Positions 10,354-18,920 of a DNA stretch of 64,000 bases are shown here, piece after piece. The stretch is from NCBI GenBank assembly GCA_019455225.1, contig JACFMU010000010.1, positions 975 to 64,974 on the forward strand, in the 5' to 3' direction. Made by a program: the position numbers and the translations under genes. Under the pieces are notes generated by a model. It saw only the letters and a list, made by a program, of their open reading frames with translations, had not been told where the DNA came from and searched no databases. This DNA comes from Candidatus Hydrogenedentota bacterium. GTDB taxonomy: Bacteria > Hydrogenedentota > Hydrogenedentia > Hydrogenedentales > CAITNO01. Position 1 is the stretch's first letter. Every line of letters starts with the position of its first letter.

Positions 10354-10933
10354 AGACAGCCCGTACGCGAAACTGGTTGGGGACGCGGCGGCCTACCGCC
10401 TGTTTTCCCTTGTCTTTCAGCCGCCGCATCCGGACCTGCCCGCGCAGATTGCCGCGCTGGGCCGAGAGGTCCGGGGGCCCGTGGCGGAATTGCCGAAAGC
10501 ATGCGGCAGCATGGATATGGAGGAGTATCACTTCATCCTCGGCCCGGCGGGCGGATGCTCCCCGTGCGAGTCGGAGTACCTCGGCGACAAGCTTGGGGGC
10601 AAGGGAAGCCTCATGGCGGATGTGGCGGGTTTTTATGACGCGTTTTCCTTTCCCCGCGACGCCGACACCCAGGAGAGGGTTGATCACATTGCGGTCGAGC
10701 TTTCCTTCATGAGTTTTCTCCTCCTCAAGACGGCCTATGCCGCGCACCGCGGCAACGCCCCCGGGGTGAACGTGTGCGCCGATGCGGGGGTCAAGTTCGC
10801 AAAGACCCATTTGCTGCCCTGGCTCAACCCCTTTCGGGAAAGGCTTGACACCGTGGCGCCCGGCTCGTTCTATGCGCGGGCGGCAACGGTGATGTGCGGC
10901 TGCCTGCCGGATGGATTCGGAACGGGTGACTGA
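10310..10933 (+). CDS. NarJ/TorD-family redox enzyme maturation chaperone (delta subunit)
   Basis: All-helical ~200-aa ORF overlapping the gamma gene stop. It is in the canonical position of the NarJ/EbdD/NxrD assembly chaperone. The start could also be GTG 10340. Confidence 0.7.
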   Translation: MPPTPKAGTAVDNIKDSPYAKLVGDAAAYRLFSLVFQPPHPDLPAQIAALGREVRGPVAELPKACGSMDMEEYHFILGPAGGCSPCESEYLGDKLGGKGSLMADVAGFYDAFSFPRDADTQERVDHIAVELSFMSFLLLKTAYAAHRGNAPGVNVCADAGVKFAKTHLLPWLNPFRERLDTVAPGSFYARAATVMCGCLPDGFGTGD

Positions 10934-12150
10934 TGCTGACTGACTGTCTGACTGGAATACGCCCCAAGCCCCGCACGGTCAAAGGCAAACCGTGGCCGGG
11001 GGGGATTTCCTTTGGCCGGGGGGAATGGTCGGGCGCATTTGGAGACATCGGCACGGACCTTCCCCTGCTGGTGGGCGTCATCCTGGTTTCCGGCATGGGT
11101 CCGGGGCGGGTGCTGCTGGTGTTCGGGCTGGCGCAAATCCTCTCCGGCCTGGTCTACCGCATGCCCATGCCCGTGCAGCCCCTAAAAGTTGTTGCGGTCC
11201 TGGTGATGGCCCAGGGCCTCCAGGGCAATGTGATCGCGGGCGGGGGACTCGCCATCGGGGTGGTCATGCTCGCGCTGACACTCACCGGCGCGCTGGACTT
11301 CCTGGCGCGGCTGGTTCCGGTGCCGGTGGTGCGCGGAATTCAGTGCGGACTGGGCGTCAAGCTGGCGCTGCTTGCCGCGGGGGACTATGTCATCGGCCAT
11401 GGCGCGCCGGGCATCCTTATGGCGTTTGCCGCGGTGCTGCTGCTGCCGGTGATGACGGGCCGCCCCAAGATTCCCGCATCGTTGGCCCTTCTGGCGTTGG
11501 GCGCGGCGGCGGCATGGCTCGGCGGGGCCGCCAACGGGGCCGGATGGCAACTGCCGCCGGCGGTTCAGCCGTGGTCCCTTCCGTCCACGGCGGACATCTG
11601 GGCCGGTTTTATCCTGCTGGCGCTTCCCCAGATTCCCCTGTCGCTGGGCAATTCAGTGCTTGCGACGCGCGAGCTGGCCATGGACTGGTTTCCCGAAGCC
11701 CGTGTGTCCGCCAAAAAAATCGGGTTCACGTATTCGCTGTTCAATATTGCCATCGCCTTTGTCGGCGGTGTGCCGGTGTGCCATGGGGCGGGGGGCATCG
11801 CGGGGCATTACGCCTTTGGCGCCCGCACCGGGGGTTCCGTGATTGTCTACGGTGGGTTCTTTGCGCTGCTGGGCGCCTGCGCGCTTCTCGGGCTGGGAAA
11901 TGTTCTGGCGCTGTTTCCGCTCCCCATATTGGGTGTGATTCTGGCCCGGGAAGGGCTCGCGCTCATGGGAAGGGTGCGGGGACTGGGGCATGACCCGGCG
12001 GCGCTGGCCACCGCGCTCCTCGTGTGCGTGCTGGCTGTGTTTCTTGCCAACGGGTTCCTGGCGGGCATGGTCGCCGGAACGCTCTTTTTTTGGGCATGCC
12101 GCAGGATGAGCATGCCCGGCGCCGCGTTGCCTGAAACGGAAACAGAGTGA
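10933..12150 (+). CDS. Polytopic membrane transporter, possibly MOT1/SulP-related molybdate transporter
   Basis: About 12 predicted TM segments. The N-terminal motif GAFGDIGTDLPLL resembles the GDLGT-IPI signature of MOT1-family molybdate transporters. It lies between the molybdoenzyme and Moco genes. Confidence 0.45.
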   Translation: MLTDCLTGIRPKPRTVKGKPWPGGISFGRGEWSGAFGDIGTDLPLLVGVILVSGMGPGRVLLVFGLAQILSGLVYRMPMPVQPLKVVAVLVMAQGLQGNVIAGGGLAIGVVMLALTLTGALDFLARLVPVPVVRGIQCGLGVKLALLAAGDYVIGHGAPGILMAFAAVLLLPVMTGRPKIPASLALLALGAAAAWLGGAANGAGWQLPPAVQPWSLPSTADIWAGFILLALPQIPLSLGNSVLATRELAMDWFPEARVSAKKIGFTYSLFNIAIAFVGGVPVCHGAGGIAGHYAFGARTGGSVIVYGGFFALLGACALLGLGNVLALFPLPILGVILAREGLALMGRVRGLGHDPAALATALLVCVLAVFLANGFLAGMVAGTLFFWACRRMSMPGAALPETETE

Positions 12151-12159
12151 GGGGCGCGC

Positions 12160-13269
12160 ATGGGAACAGGTGCTGAGATTCAGATGGAAGACGCCGGGAG
12201 CCGGCTGGAACGGCTCCCCGTGGCGCTTGTCGCAGGACACAGCGGCTCCGGCAAGACGACGCTCATCGAGCGGCTCGTGCCCCGGCTGATTGCCGGCGGG
12301 CTGAGGGTGGCCGTTGTCAAGCATGACGCGCACGGGCTGAACCTGGACCATCCGGGAAAGGACAGCGACCGGTTTTTCCGCGCGGGCGCGGCGGTGCTGG
12401 CCGGGGGACCGGGCGAGACCTTTCTCCGCATGCCGGGCACATGGGATTTGGAGGACGCCGCGCGCCGTCTGCTGCGGTCGAATGACCTGGTGCTTGTGGA
12501 GGGGCACAAAAACACGCGGGGACCCCTAAAAATCTGGCTGCGCGGCGGGGGAGAGGACGCGCCGCCGCCGGAGGCCGGGGACGCCGTGATGTGTCTTGAC
12601 CGGAACGAGCCGCGCGTTGCGATTGTCCACCGTTTTCTTCTGGAGTGGCTGGCGCGCCAATGGCTGCGCACCCCCGTGCGGGCGGGCGTTCTCATCGGCG
12701 GGAAGTCCTCGCGGATGGGCTCGCCGAAGCATCTGCTCCGCCACGGGGGGAAAAGCTGGGCGGCGCGTGTGGCGGCGGCCTTCGCCGGACACGCCGACTC
12801 CATCGTCCTGCTTGGGGCGGGGGACGCCCCCCCAGAGTTGGGTGAGTGCCCGCGGCTGCCGGATGTGCCCGGGTGCGCGGGCCCCATTGCGGGCATGCGC
12901 GCGGCCATGCGCTGGGACCCGGACGCGTCATGGATATTCGCGCCCTGCGACATGCCCCTTCTCACACCGGAAACCGTCGCCTGGATGCTTGCTCGGCGGA
13001 AGCCCGGAAGATGGGCGGTGATGCCCCGCCAAAGCCGTCAGGAACCGGCCGAGCCGCTGTTTGCCTGGTACGACTTCCGCGCGGCGGAATTGATGGAAAA
13101 GGTGTTAGCCCCGAGGGAATTGGCCGGATGGTCCCGCTCCCACACCGCGCTGATCCCGGGCGCGTTGGGGCGGGCGCTGAAAAACATGAACACGCCGCAT
13201 GACGCCGAAGGGCTCAGGGGCGCCCAGGACGGCCGCAACGCCCCGGCGGCGGCCGCGGGAGGTTTCTGA
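12160..13269 (+). CDS. mobA: MobB-MobA fusion (molybdopterin-guanine dinucleotide biosynthesis)
   Basis: N-terminal MobB P-loop VALVAGHSGSGKTTLIERL. C-terminal MobA-like GVLIGGKSSRMGSPKHLL...FAPCDMPLL. Confidence 0.8.
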   Translation: MGTGAEIQMEDAGSRLERLPVALVAGHSGSGKTTLIERLVPRLIAGGLRVAVVKHDAHGLNLDHPGKDSDRFFRAGAAVLAGGPGETFLRMPGTWDLEDAARRLLRSNDLVLVEGHKNTRGPLKIWLRGGGEDAPPPEAGDAVMCLDRNEPRVAIVHRFLLEWLARQWLRTPVRAGVLIGGKSSRMGSPKHLLRHGGKSWAARVAAAFAGHADSIVLLGAGDAPPELGECPRLPDVPGCAGPIAGMRAAMRWDPDASWIFAPCDMPLLTPETVAWMLARRKPGRWAVMPRQSRQEPAEPLFAWYDFRAAELMEKVLAPRELAGWSRSHTALIPGALGRALKNMNTPHDAEGLRGAQDGRNAPAAAAGGF

Positions 13270-13270
13270 C

Positions 13271-13732
13271 ATGCGCAAACTGTCGCATTTGAACAGCCAG
13301 GGCCGCGCCGTCATGGTGGATGTGGGGAACAAGGAGGTCCAGCGGCGAAACGCCGTAGCCGGGGGGAAGATCCGTCTGGCCGGGGAAACGGTGGCGCTTA
13401 TCCGGGACAGTCTTCTGAAGAAAGGGGACGTTTTGTGTGTCGCGGAAATCGCGGGGATACAGGCGGCCAAGCGGACCGCCGGCTTGATCCCACTCTGCCA
13501 TCCGCTACCCCTGACGGACATCAAAGTGACCGCGACCCTGGAGGATGACGGGGTTAGGGTGACGGGGAGTGTGTCCTGTCTGGGGAGGACGGGCGTGGAG
13601 ATGGAGGCGCTCACCGCCGTCAGCGCCGCGCTGCTGACGGTGTATGACATGTGCAAGGCCGTTGACAAGCACATGGTGATCGGGGACATCGCCCTTTTGA
13701 AGAAGACCAAGCAACCGGCTGGAGGGCGCTGA
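13271..13732 (+). CDS. moaC: Cyclic pyranopterin monophosphate synthase accessory protein MoaC
   Basis: LSHLNSQGRAVMVDVGNKEV...GLIPLCHPLPL...VEMEALTAVSAALLTVYDMCKA is typical of MoaC. Confidence 0.85.
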   Translation: MRKLSHLNSQGRAVMVDVGNKEVQRRNAVAGGKIRLAGETVALIRDSLLKKGDVLCVAEIAGIQAAKRTAGLIPLCHPLPLTDIKVTATLEDDGVRVTGSVSCLGRTGVEMEALTAVSAALLTVYDMCKAVDKHMVIGDIALLKKTKQPAGGR

Positions 13733-13735
13733 GTC

Positions 13736-14704
13736 ATGGCGGTTCACGCGCGGGAAAGTGTTTTTGCGGCAGCGGCCAGGGGGACGGTGGCGTCATTAAA
13801 CGTCTCGGAGTCCAAGGGCACCTGCAAAACGCCGGTTTCCGAGGTGCAGGTGACGGAGCTGGGGTTTGCCGGGGACGCCCATGCGGGCGGCTGGGGCAGG
13901 CAGGTCAGCCTGCTCTCCCTGGAAAGCGTGGGGCGCTTCGGCGGCATCGTCGGAAAAGAGTACAAGCCGGGCGATTTTGCCGAGAACATCACAACCATGG
14001 GGCTTGCGCTGGAAAAGACGGCCCTGCTTGACCGGTTCAGCGCCGCCGATGTGGAGCTTGAAGTCACCCAGTTGGGCAAAAAATGCCACGGCAAGGGCTG
14101 CGCCATCTTCCAGGGGGCGGGCAAATGCCTGATGCCCACGGAGGGGATTTTCACCCGCGTGCGAAGGGGCGGAACCCTGCGCGGGGGGGATGAGATACTC
14201 CACCACCCCAAACGGCTTCGTGTCCGTGTGATCACCCTGAGCGACCGCGCAAGCCGCGGGGTGTATGAGGACCGGAGCGGGCCCAGGATTGTGGAGCTGC
14301 TGGGAAGCCTGTTTGGCGGAAAACCGTGGGAAATGGACACGGACACGCGGCTGCTGCCGGACGACCCGCGGCTGCTGGACGAGGAACTGCGCGGGGCCTG
14401 CCTGGACGGCCTGGACGCGGTGTTCACCACCGGCGGCACGGGAATCGGGCCCAGGGACTGGACCCCCGATGTGGTCACCGCCATGGCCGACAAGACGATA
14501 CCGGGGATCATGGAGGCCGTCCGGATGAAATACGGCGCGGAAAACCCCGCCGCACTGCTCAGCCGGTCCGTGGCCGCAGTCGCGGGCGCCACCCTGATTT
14601 ACACGCTTCCCGGCTCCGTCCGGGCCGTGGAGGAATACCTGGGCGAAATCGCCAAGACCTTTAATCATCTTCTTCTGACCGTCCACGGCATTGACAGCCA
14701 CTGA
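13736..14704 (+). CDS. mogA: MOSC domain fused to MogA/MoaB-type molybdopterin adenylyltransferase
   Basis: N-terminal MOSC beta-barrel (GDFAENITTMG, KCHGKGC). The C-terminal region VITLSDRAS...GGTGIGPRDWTPDV matches MogA. Confidence 0.75.
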   Translation: MAVHARESVFAAAARGTVASLNVSESKGTCKTPVSEVQVTELGFAGDAHAGGWGRQVSLLSLESVGRFGGIVGKEYKPGDFAENITTMGLALEKTALLDRFSAADVELEVTQLGKKCHGKGCAIFQGAGKCLMPTEGIFTRVRRGGTLRGGDEILHHPKRLRVRVITLSDRASRGVYEDRSGPRIVELLGSLFGGKPWEMDTDTRLLPDDPRLLDEELRGACLDGLDAVFTTGGTGIGPRDWTPDVVTAMADKTIPGIMEAVRMKYGAENPAALLSRSVAAVAGATLIYTLPGSVRAVEEYLGEIAKTFNHLLLTVHGIDSH

Positions 14705-14781
14705 CGGCCCTTCGGCAACCATGGGCAACAGACCATCACCGGGCTCCGGCGCGGGAAGACACTTTCAGGAAAGCACGACGC

Positions 14782-15804
14782 ATGGCGGCGGCGGCCAAAA
14801 CAGTCAAATCGGTTGAGTCCGGCATGTTGCGCGACGGATGCGGCCGCGTTCATGACTATCTGCGCATTGCCGTGACGGACCGGTGCAACCTGCGGTGCCT
14901 GTACTGCATGCCCTCCGGTGTCAAATGCGCGGCGCCGGCCGAAACGCTGCTCACGGATGATGAGATTGTCCGGATCAGCCGCCTGTTCGCGCGGCTCGGG
15001 GTGGTCAAAATCCGCCTGACCGGCGGGGAGCCGCTGCTGCGGCCGGGGATTTCCGGCCTTGCGGCCAGACTCGCCGCCGTTTCCGGCATACACACGGTCG
15101 CCGTGACGACCAACGGGCTGCGCCTCGCCGAAAAGGTCCGCGCGCTCCGGGACGCCGGCGTGCGCGGAATCAATGTGAGCCTGGACAGTCTGCGCCCGGA
15201 GCGTTTCCGGCGGATTGCCGGCCATGACGGCCTGGCGCGCGTGCTGGACGGAATCGCGGCGGCGCTTGACTGCGGGATTCAGCCCCTCAAAATCAACATG
15301 GTGGTGATGGGCGGGCTGAACGACGATGAATTGTTGGACTTTGTGGAGCTCACCCGCAACAGCCCGGCATGCGTCAGGTTTATCGAGTTCATGCCGTTTC
15401 CGGGAAATCCCTGGTGCGACGCGCAGGTGGTCCCCCATGCGGCCATGCGGAAAGCCATCGAGTCCCGGCACCCCCTTGAGACGGTTTCCGGCACAGTCCG
15501 GGGGCGGGTCGCGAAAGAGTTCAGGGTGCCCGGTTTCAGGGGGTCCCTCGGCTTCATCACGCCGATGACGGACCATTTCTGCGGGGGCTGCTCCAGGCTC
15601 CGGCTCACTGCGGACGGTTCCCTGAAGACCTGCCTTTTTCATGCGCCCGAATTCAGCCTGCGCGACGCGATGCGCGGCGGGGCGGATGACGGGGACCTGG
15701 CGGACATGGTCCAGAGCGCGCTGAAGGGCAAGCCGCGCGCCCATGCGGAGGGCGCCGTCCTGGTCGCGGGGGGAGGCAGGAGCATGTTTCAGATTGGCGG
15801 TTGA
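14782..15804 (+). CDS. moaA: GTP 3',8-cyclase MoaA (radical SAM)
   Basis: CNLRCLYCM radical-SAM motif. C-terminal CGGCSRLRLTADGSLKTCLF cluster. Confidence 0.9.
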   Translation: MAAAAKTVKSVESGMLRDGCGRVHDYLRIAVTDRCNLRCLYCMPSGVKCAAPAETLLTDDEIVRISRLFARLGVVKIRLTGGEPLLRPGISGLAARLAAVSGIHTVAVTTNGLRLAEKVRALRDAGVRGINVSLDSLRPERFRRIAGHDGLARVLDGIAAALDCGIQPLKINMVVMGGLNDDELLDFVELTRNSPACVRFIEFMPFPGNPWCDAQVVPHAAMRKAIESRHPLETVSGTVRGRVAKEFRVPGFRGSLGFITPMTDHFCGGCSRLRLTADGSLKTCLFHAPEFSLRDAMRGGADDGDLADMVQSALKGKPRAHAEGAVLVAGGGRSMFQIGG

Positions 15805-15841
15805 CGGGCATTGGGTTGATTCGCGCGCAAGGAGCCGGACA

Positions 15842-17041
15842 ATGAAAAAAATGGTTCATCCTGACGAGGCGCTGGAAATGGTTCTAGCCGCCGCAAAACC
15901 AATGGCGCCCGCCCGCGTTCCCATTGAAAACGCAGCGGGGCTGGTTCTGGCCGAGGAGGTCGTCGCGGACCGCCCCTACCCCCCTTTCGACAGGGTGATG
16001 ATGGACGGTTATGCCGTCCGCCTTGCGGATGCGGGCAAAAGTGTTCAGGTGGGCGGGGAGGTTCGGGCGGGCGGCGCCGGGACGGTTGAAGTGGCATCCG
16101 GCAGGGCTGTGCGTGTCATGACCGGCGCGCCGTGCCCGCCCGGAACGGAGACGGTGGTCCCCGTGGAGGAGGTGGAGGAATCCGGCGCGGAGGCCATGCT
16201 TCCCGGCGGCCTGGAGCCGGGAAAGCATATTGCGCCCATGGGAAGCGAGTGCGGACAGGGGGAGGTTGTCGCCCGGAAAGGCTGGGAGATCACCCCGCTG
16301 GTGGTCGCAAATCTCGCCGCATACGGGTACACGGGCATTGGCGTCATTTCCCCCCCCGTGTGCGCTTTGGTCACCACGGGGGATGAGATTGTCCAGTGGG
16401 GGAGCGCCCCGGCGGCCCATCAGATTCGCAACGCCAACGCCCCCATGCTGGCGGTCCAACTGCGGGCGGCGGGCGTGCGGAAAATACTGCGCGGACACGC
16501 CGGCGACAGCATGGGGCAGTTGCGGGCGATGATGGCCCACACCGGACAGGCCGATGTCGTGGTGATTTCGGGCGGCGTCTCCATGGGGGCCTACGACATG
16601 GTGCCGGACGCGCTTCGCGGGCATGGCGTGGAGGTCCATTTTCACAAGGTGTCCCAAAAACCGGGAAAGCCGCTCCTGTTCGGCTCGAAAGACGGACGCC
16701 TGTACTTCGGGCTTCCGGGCAACCCCCTGGCGTGCCATGTGTGCCTCCACCGTTACGTGGTTCCGGCGGTCAGGAAAATGATGGGCAGGCCGGAAAGGGC
16801 GTGCGCGGTGCGGGGAAGGCTTGCGGCCCCACTTGCGAAGAACGGGGCGCGGACGCTGTTCCAGCTTTGCAGCACGGAATGGGACGGACGGCAATGGACA
16901 GTCACGCCGCTGGCGGGACGGGGTTCGGCGGACATCCATGCCGCCGCCCGCGCCAATTCATGTGTGCGCCTGGAGCCCGGCGCCCCGCAGCTCGCCTGCG
17001 GGGCGGAGGTGGAGGCGCAAATGACCGCGCCCGCGTTGTAG
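15842..17041 (+). CDS. moeA: Molybdopterin molybdotransferase MoeA
   Basis: The PYPPFDRVMMDGYAVR motif and a ~400-aa MoeA-like architecture including GNPLAC. Confidence 0.8.
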   Translation: MKKMVHPDEALEMVLAAAKPMAPARVPIENAAGLVLAEEVVADRPYPPFDRVMMDGYAVRLADAGKSVQVGGEVRAGGAGTVEVASGRAVRVMTGAPCPPGTETVVPVEEVEESGAEAMLPGGLEPGKHIAPMGSECGQGEVVARKGWEITPLVVANLAAYGYTGIGVISPPVCALVTTGDEIVQWGSAPAAHQIRNANAPMLAVQLRAAGVRKILRGHAGDSMGQLRAMMAHTGQADVVVISGGVSMGAYDMVPDALRGHGVEVHFHKVSQKPGKPLLFGSKDGRLYFGLPGNPLACHVCLHRYVVPAVRKMMGRPERACAVRGRLAAPLAKNGARTLFQLCSTEWDGRQWTVTPLAGRGSADIHAAARANSCVRLEPGAPQLACGAEVEAQMTAPAL

Positions 17042-17243
17042 GCGGGGCGCGGCCGGGGCATTCCGCAACGGGGATGGGCGGGCGAAACGGCGCGCGATTT
17101 CAACATCCGGACAGGGCTTGTTTTTCCACGGAAAATAGTGGATAATAACATCCATAATAAGGCGGCGGGTGTGCAGGACGGTGAACACGGTCCCGTGGCC
17201 GCGGCGCCGCCCAAGCCAAATCCGTCCGGGAGAGGGTCGGTCC

Positions 17244-17540
17244 ATGAACGGCACAATGCTTGTTGATTCGGGTCCAACGGCCAAGGAAGATTTTTACACG
17301 GGCCGCGACAGTTGCGGTCCGGCGCGGCGGACACGCGGCGAACTGGAAACACTTCTTCTGGACCATGTCGAGATGCTGTATCTCATCGCCCTCCGTTTTG
17401 CGGGGGACCGGCAGCGTGCGGGCAGCCTCGTTTCACGGACGATAGCGGCCGCGCTTCAGGCCCCGGAGCTCAACCAGCGCTTCACGCTTCCAAAGCCCTG
17501 GCTCATCTCAAAACTCAGGCAACTGCACTGCGGGCATTAG
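17244..17540 (+). CDS. Small hypothetical protein with sigma-70 region-2-like segment (no region 4)
   Basis: LETLLLDHVEMLYLIALRFAGDRQRAGSLVSRTIAAAL resembles ECF sigma region 2. The ORF is too short for a full sigma factor. Confidence 0.3.
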   Translation: MNGTMLVDSGPTAKEDFYTGRDSCGPARRTRGELETLLLDHVEMLYLIALRFAGDRQRAGSLVSRTIAAALQAPELNQRFTLPKPWLISKLRQLHCGH

Positions 17541-17627
17541 CCGGGCCCGCCACTCGGCGTTGAATCCGGAGGAGGCATGTCAACACATGGACAGGGTGGA
17601 CGAGATGGGAGAGTTCACTAAAAAACC

Positions 17628-18665
17628 TCACAACTGGGCCTTGTTCACCAGTTCCGCGCACTCGGGGTAATCCCAGGGGATTTCGGGGTAGTCCTGCCAC
17701 ATGCGCACGTCGCGGGTGAGTAGTCCGTACATGTCGGGACGGCGCTGGTGCATGGTGCGCAGGTGCTTGCGCTTCCAGCGCAGTTCGGCGAGGTTGACGG
17801 CGGCGCTGACGCAGGAGTCGCCCTGTTTCTTGATGCGGGGATAGAGGCGCATCTGCTCGTGGGGGTCGCTGTAACCGCCAACGGGGGCCACGCAGCCGGG
17901 TCCGGCGAATCCGGTGTTGAAGCCCGCGGTGATGTTGCCGCCGACCACGCATCCGTAGCACTGGGCGGCCATGATGCAGTGCGAGTCCTCGATCATGCCG
18001 TCCCGGCCGTTGATCCACAGGATGATTTCCGCGCCCATGTAGGAGGTGCAGCCCCAGGCCTCGGGGAAGTAGCCGTCGTAGCACTGCAGTATGCCCACGG
18101 GGCCGAAGTCGAGGTGGAACACCTTGAACTCGCTCCCGAGCACGCCCTGCGCCTCGCTGGCAGAGTCTCCGATGGGCGGCCAGAAATGCGGCGCGGGCCC
18201 GGACGCCGGATGGCTCTTCAGGTACCGCCCCACGAGGCTGCCGCCCCGGTCCACCACCCACGCGCTGGTGGACCACTTGTCCCCGTGCGCCTCGACGCAG
18301 CCGGTGATTGCGTTGATGCGATGCTCCCGCGCCAGGGCGAAGAAGCGCCGCGCCGCGTCGTCCTTCGGGGTGATGCGGTGCCCCAGCACATACTCTGGAA
18401 ACACCACCAGGTCCGCGCCGATGTCGGCGGCCTGGCGAAAGAAGGCGGGCATCCGCTCGATGGCGGGGGCAATGCCCTCGCCCGCGGTCAACTGCACCAG
18501 GGTGATGATTGCGCTGTCGCGCGTGCCCAGCGGGGCATCCGCCTCTTTGTTGGGGGCCGCACCGGCGGCGGCCATGCCCGCACCGGCGGCCATGCCCGCG
18601 CCCGCCGTCATGAACCCGCGCCGGGTCAGGGAACTGTCTTTTGGGGGCTGCTGTTGTCGGCTCAT
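17628..18665 (-). CDS. Carbon-nitrogen hydrolase (nitrilase-superfamily) with Tat signal
   Basis: Twin-arginine SLTRRGFMTAGAGMAAGAGMAAAGAAP. CN-hydrolase core with ...FPEYVLG... and ...CYDGYFPE.... AAGGAG RBS before ATG at 18665. Confidence 0.7.
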   Translation of the reverse strand: MSRQQQPPKDSSLTRRGFMTAGAGMAAGAGMAAAGAAPNKEADAPLGTRDSAIITLVQLTAGEGIAPAIERMPAFFRQAADIGADLVVFPEYVLGHRITPKDDAARRFFALAREHRINAITGCVEAHGDKWSTSAWVVDRGGSLVGRYLKSHPASGPAPHFWPPIGDSASEAQGVLGSEFKVFHLDFGPVGILQCYDGYFPEAWGCTSYMGAEIILWINGRDGMIEDSHCIMAAQCYGCVVGGNITAGFNTGFAGPGCVAPVGGYSDPHEQMRLYPRIKKQGDSCVSAAVNLAELRWKRKHLRTMHQRRPDMYGLLTRDVRMWQDYPEIPWDYPECAELVNKAQL

Positions 18666-18920
18666 GGGGCTTTCTCCTTGTTGCCGTGTCATCATAACGG
18701 AAAAAGTGGCGGGGCTGCGGTCTGCATGCCATAGCATGGACGGGGTGGACGGATGGGACGGGAAGAGAAACCACCGCAAGGAGCGAAGGGAACACGAAGA
18801 GGGGGAGGTTGGAGAAGGGGAGGATTGGCCACAAAAGGCACAGGAAGTACAAAAAAAAGGGGAACGGGACAGGGTGGACAGGAGACGCCGCAAATCACCG
18901 GCGGGAATGTCCCTGTCACG

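Noticed and set aside
12160-13269. Splitting the 369-aa ORF into separate mobB and mobA genes
   Set aside because: No in-frame stop or plausible internal RBS and start between the P-loop domain and the MobA domain. It is treated as a genuine fusion.
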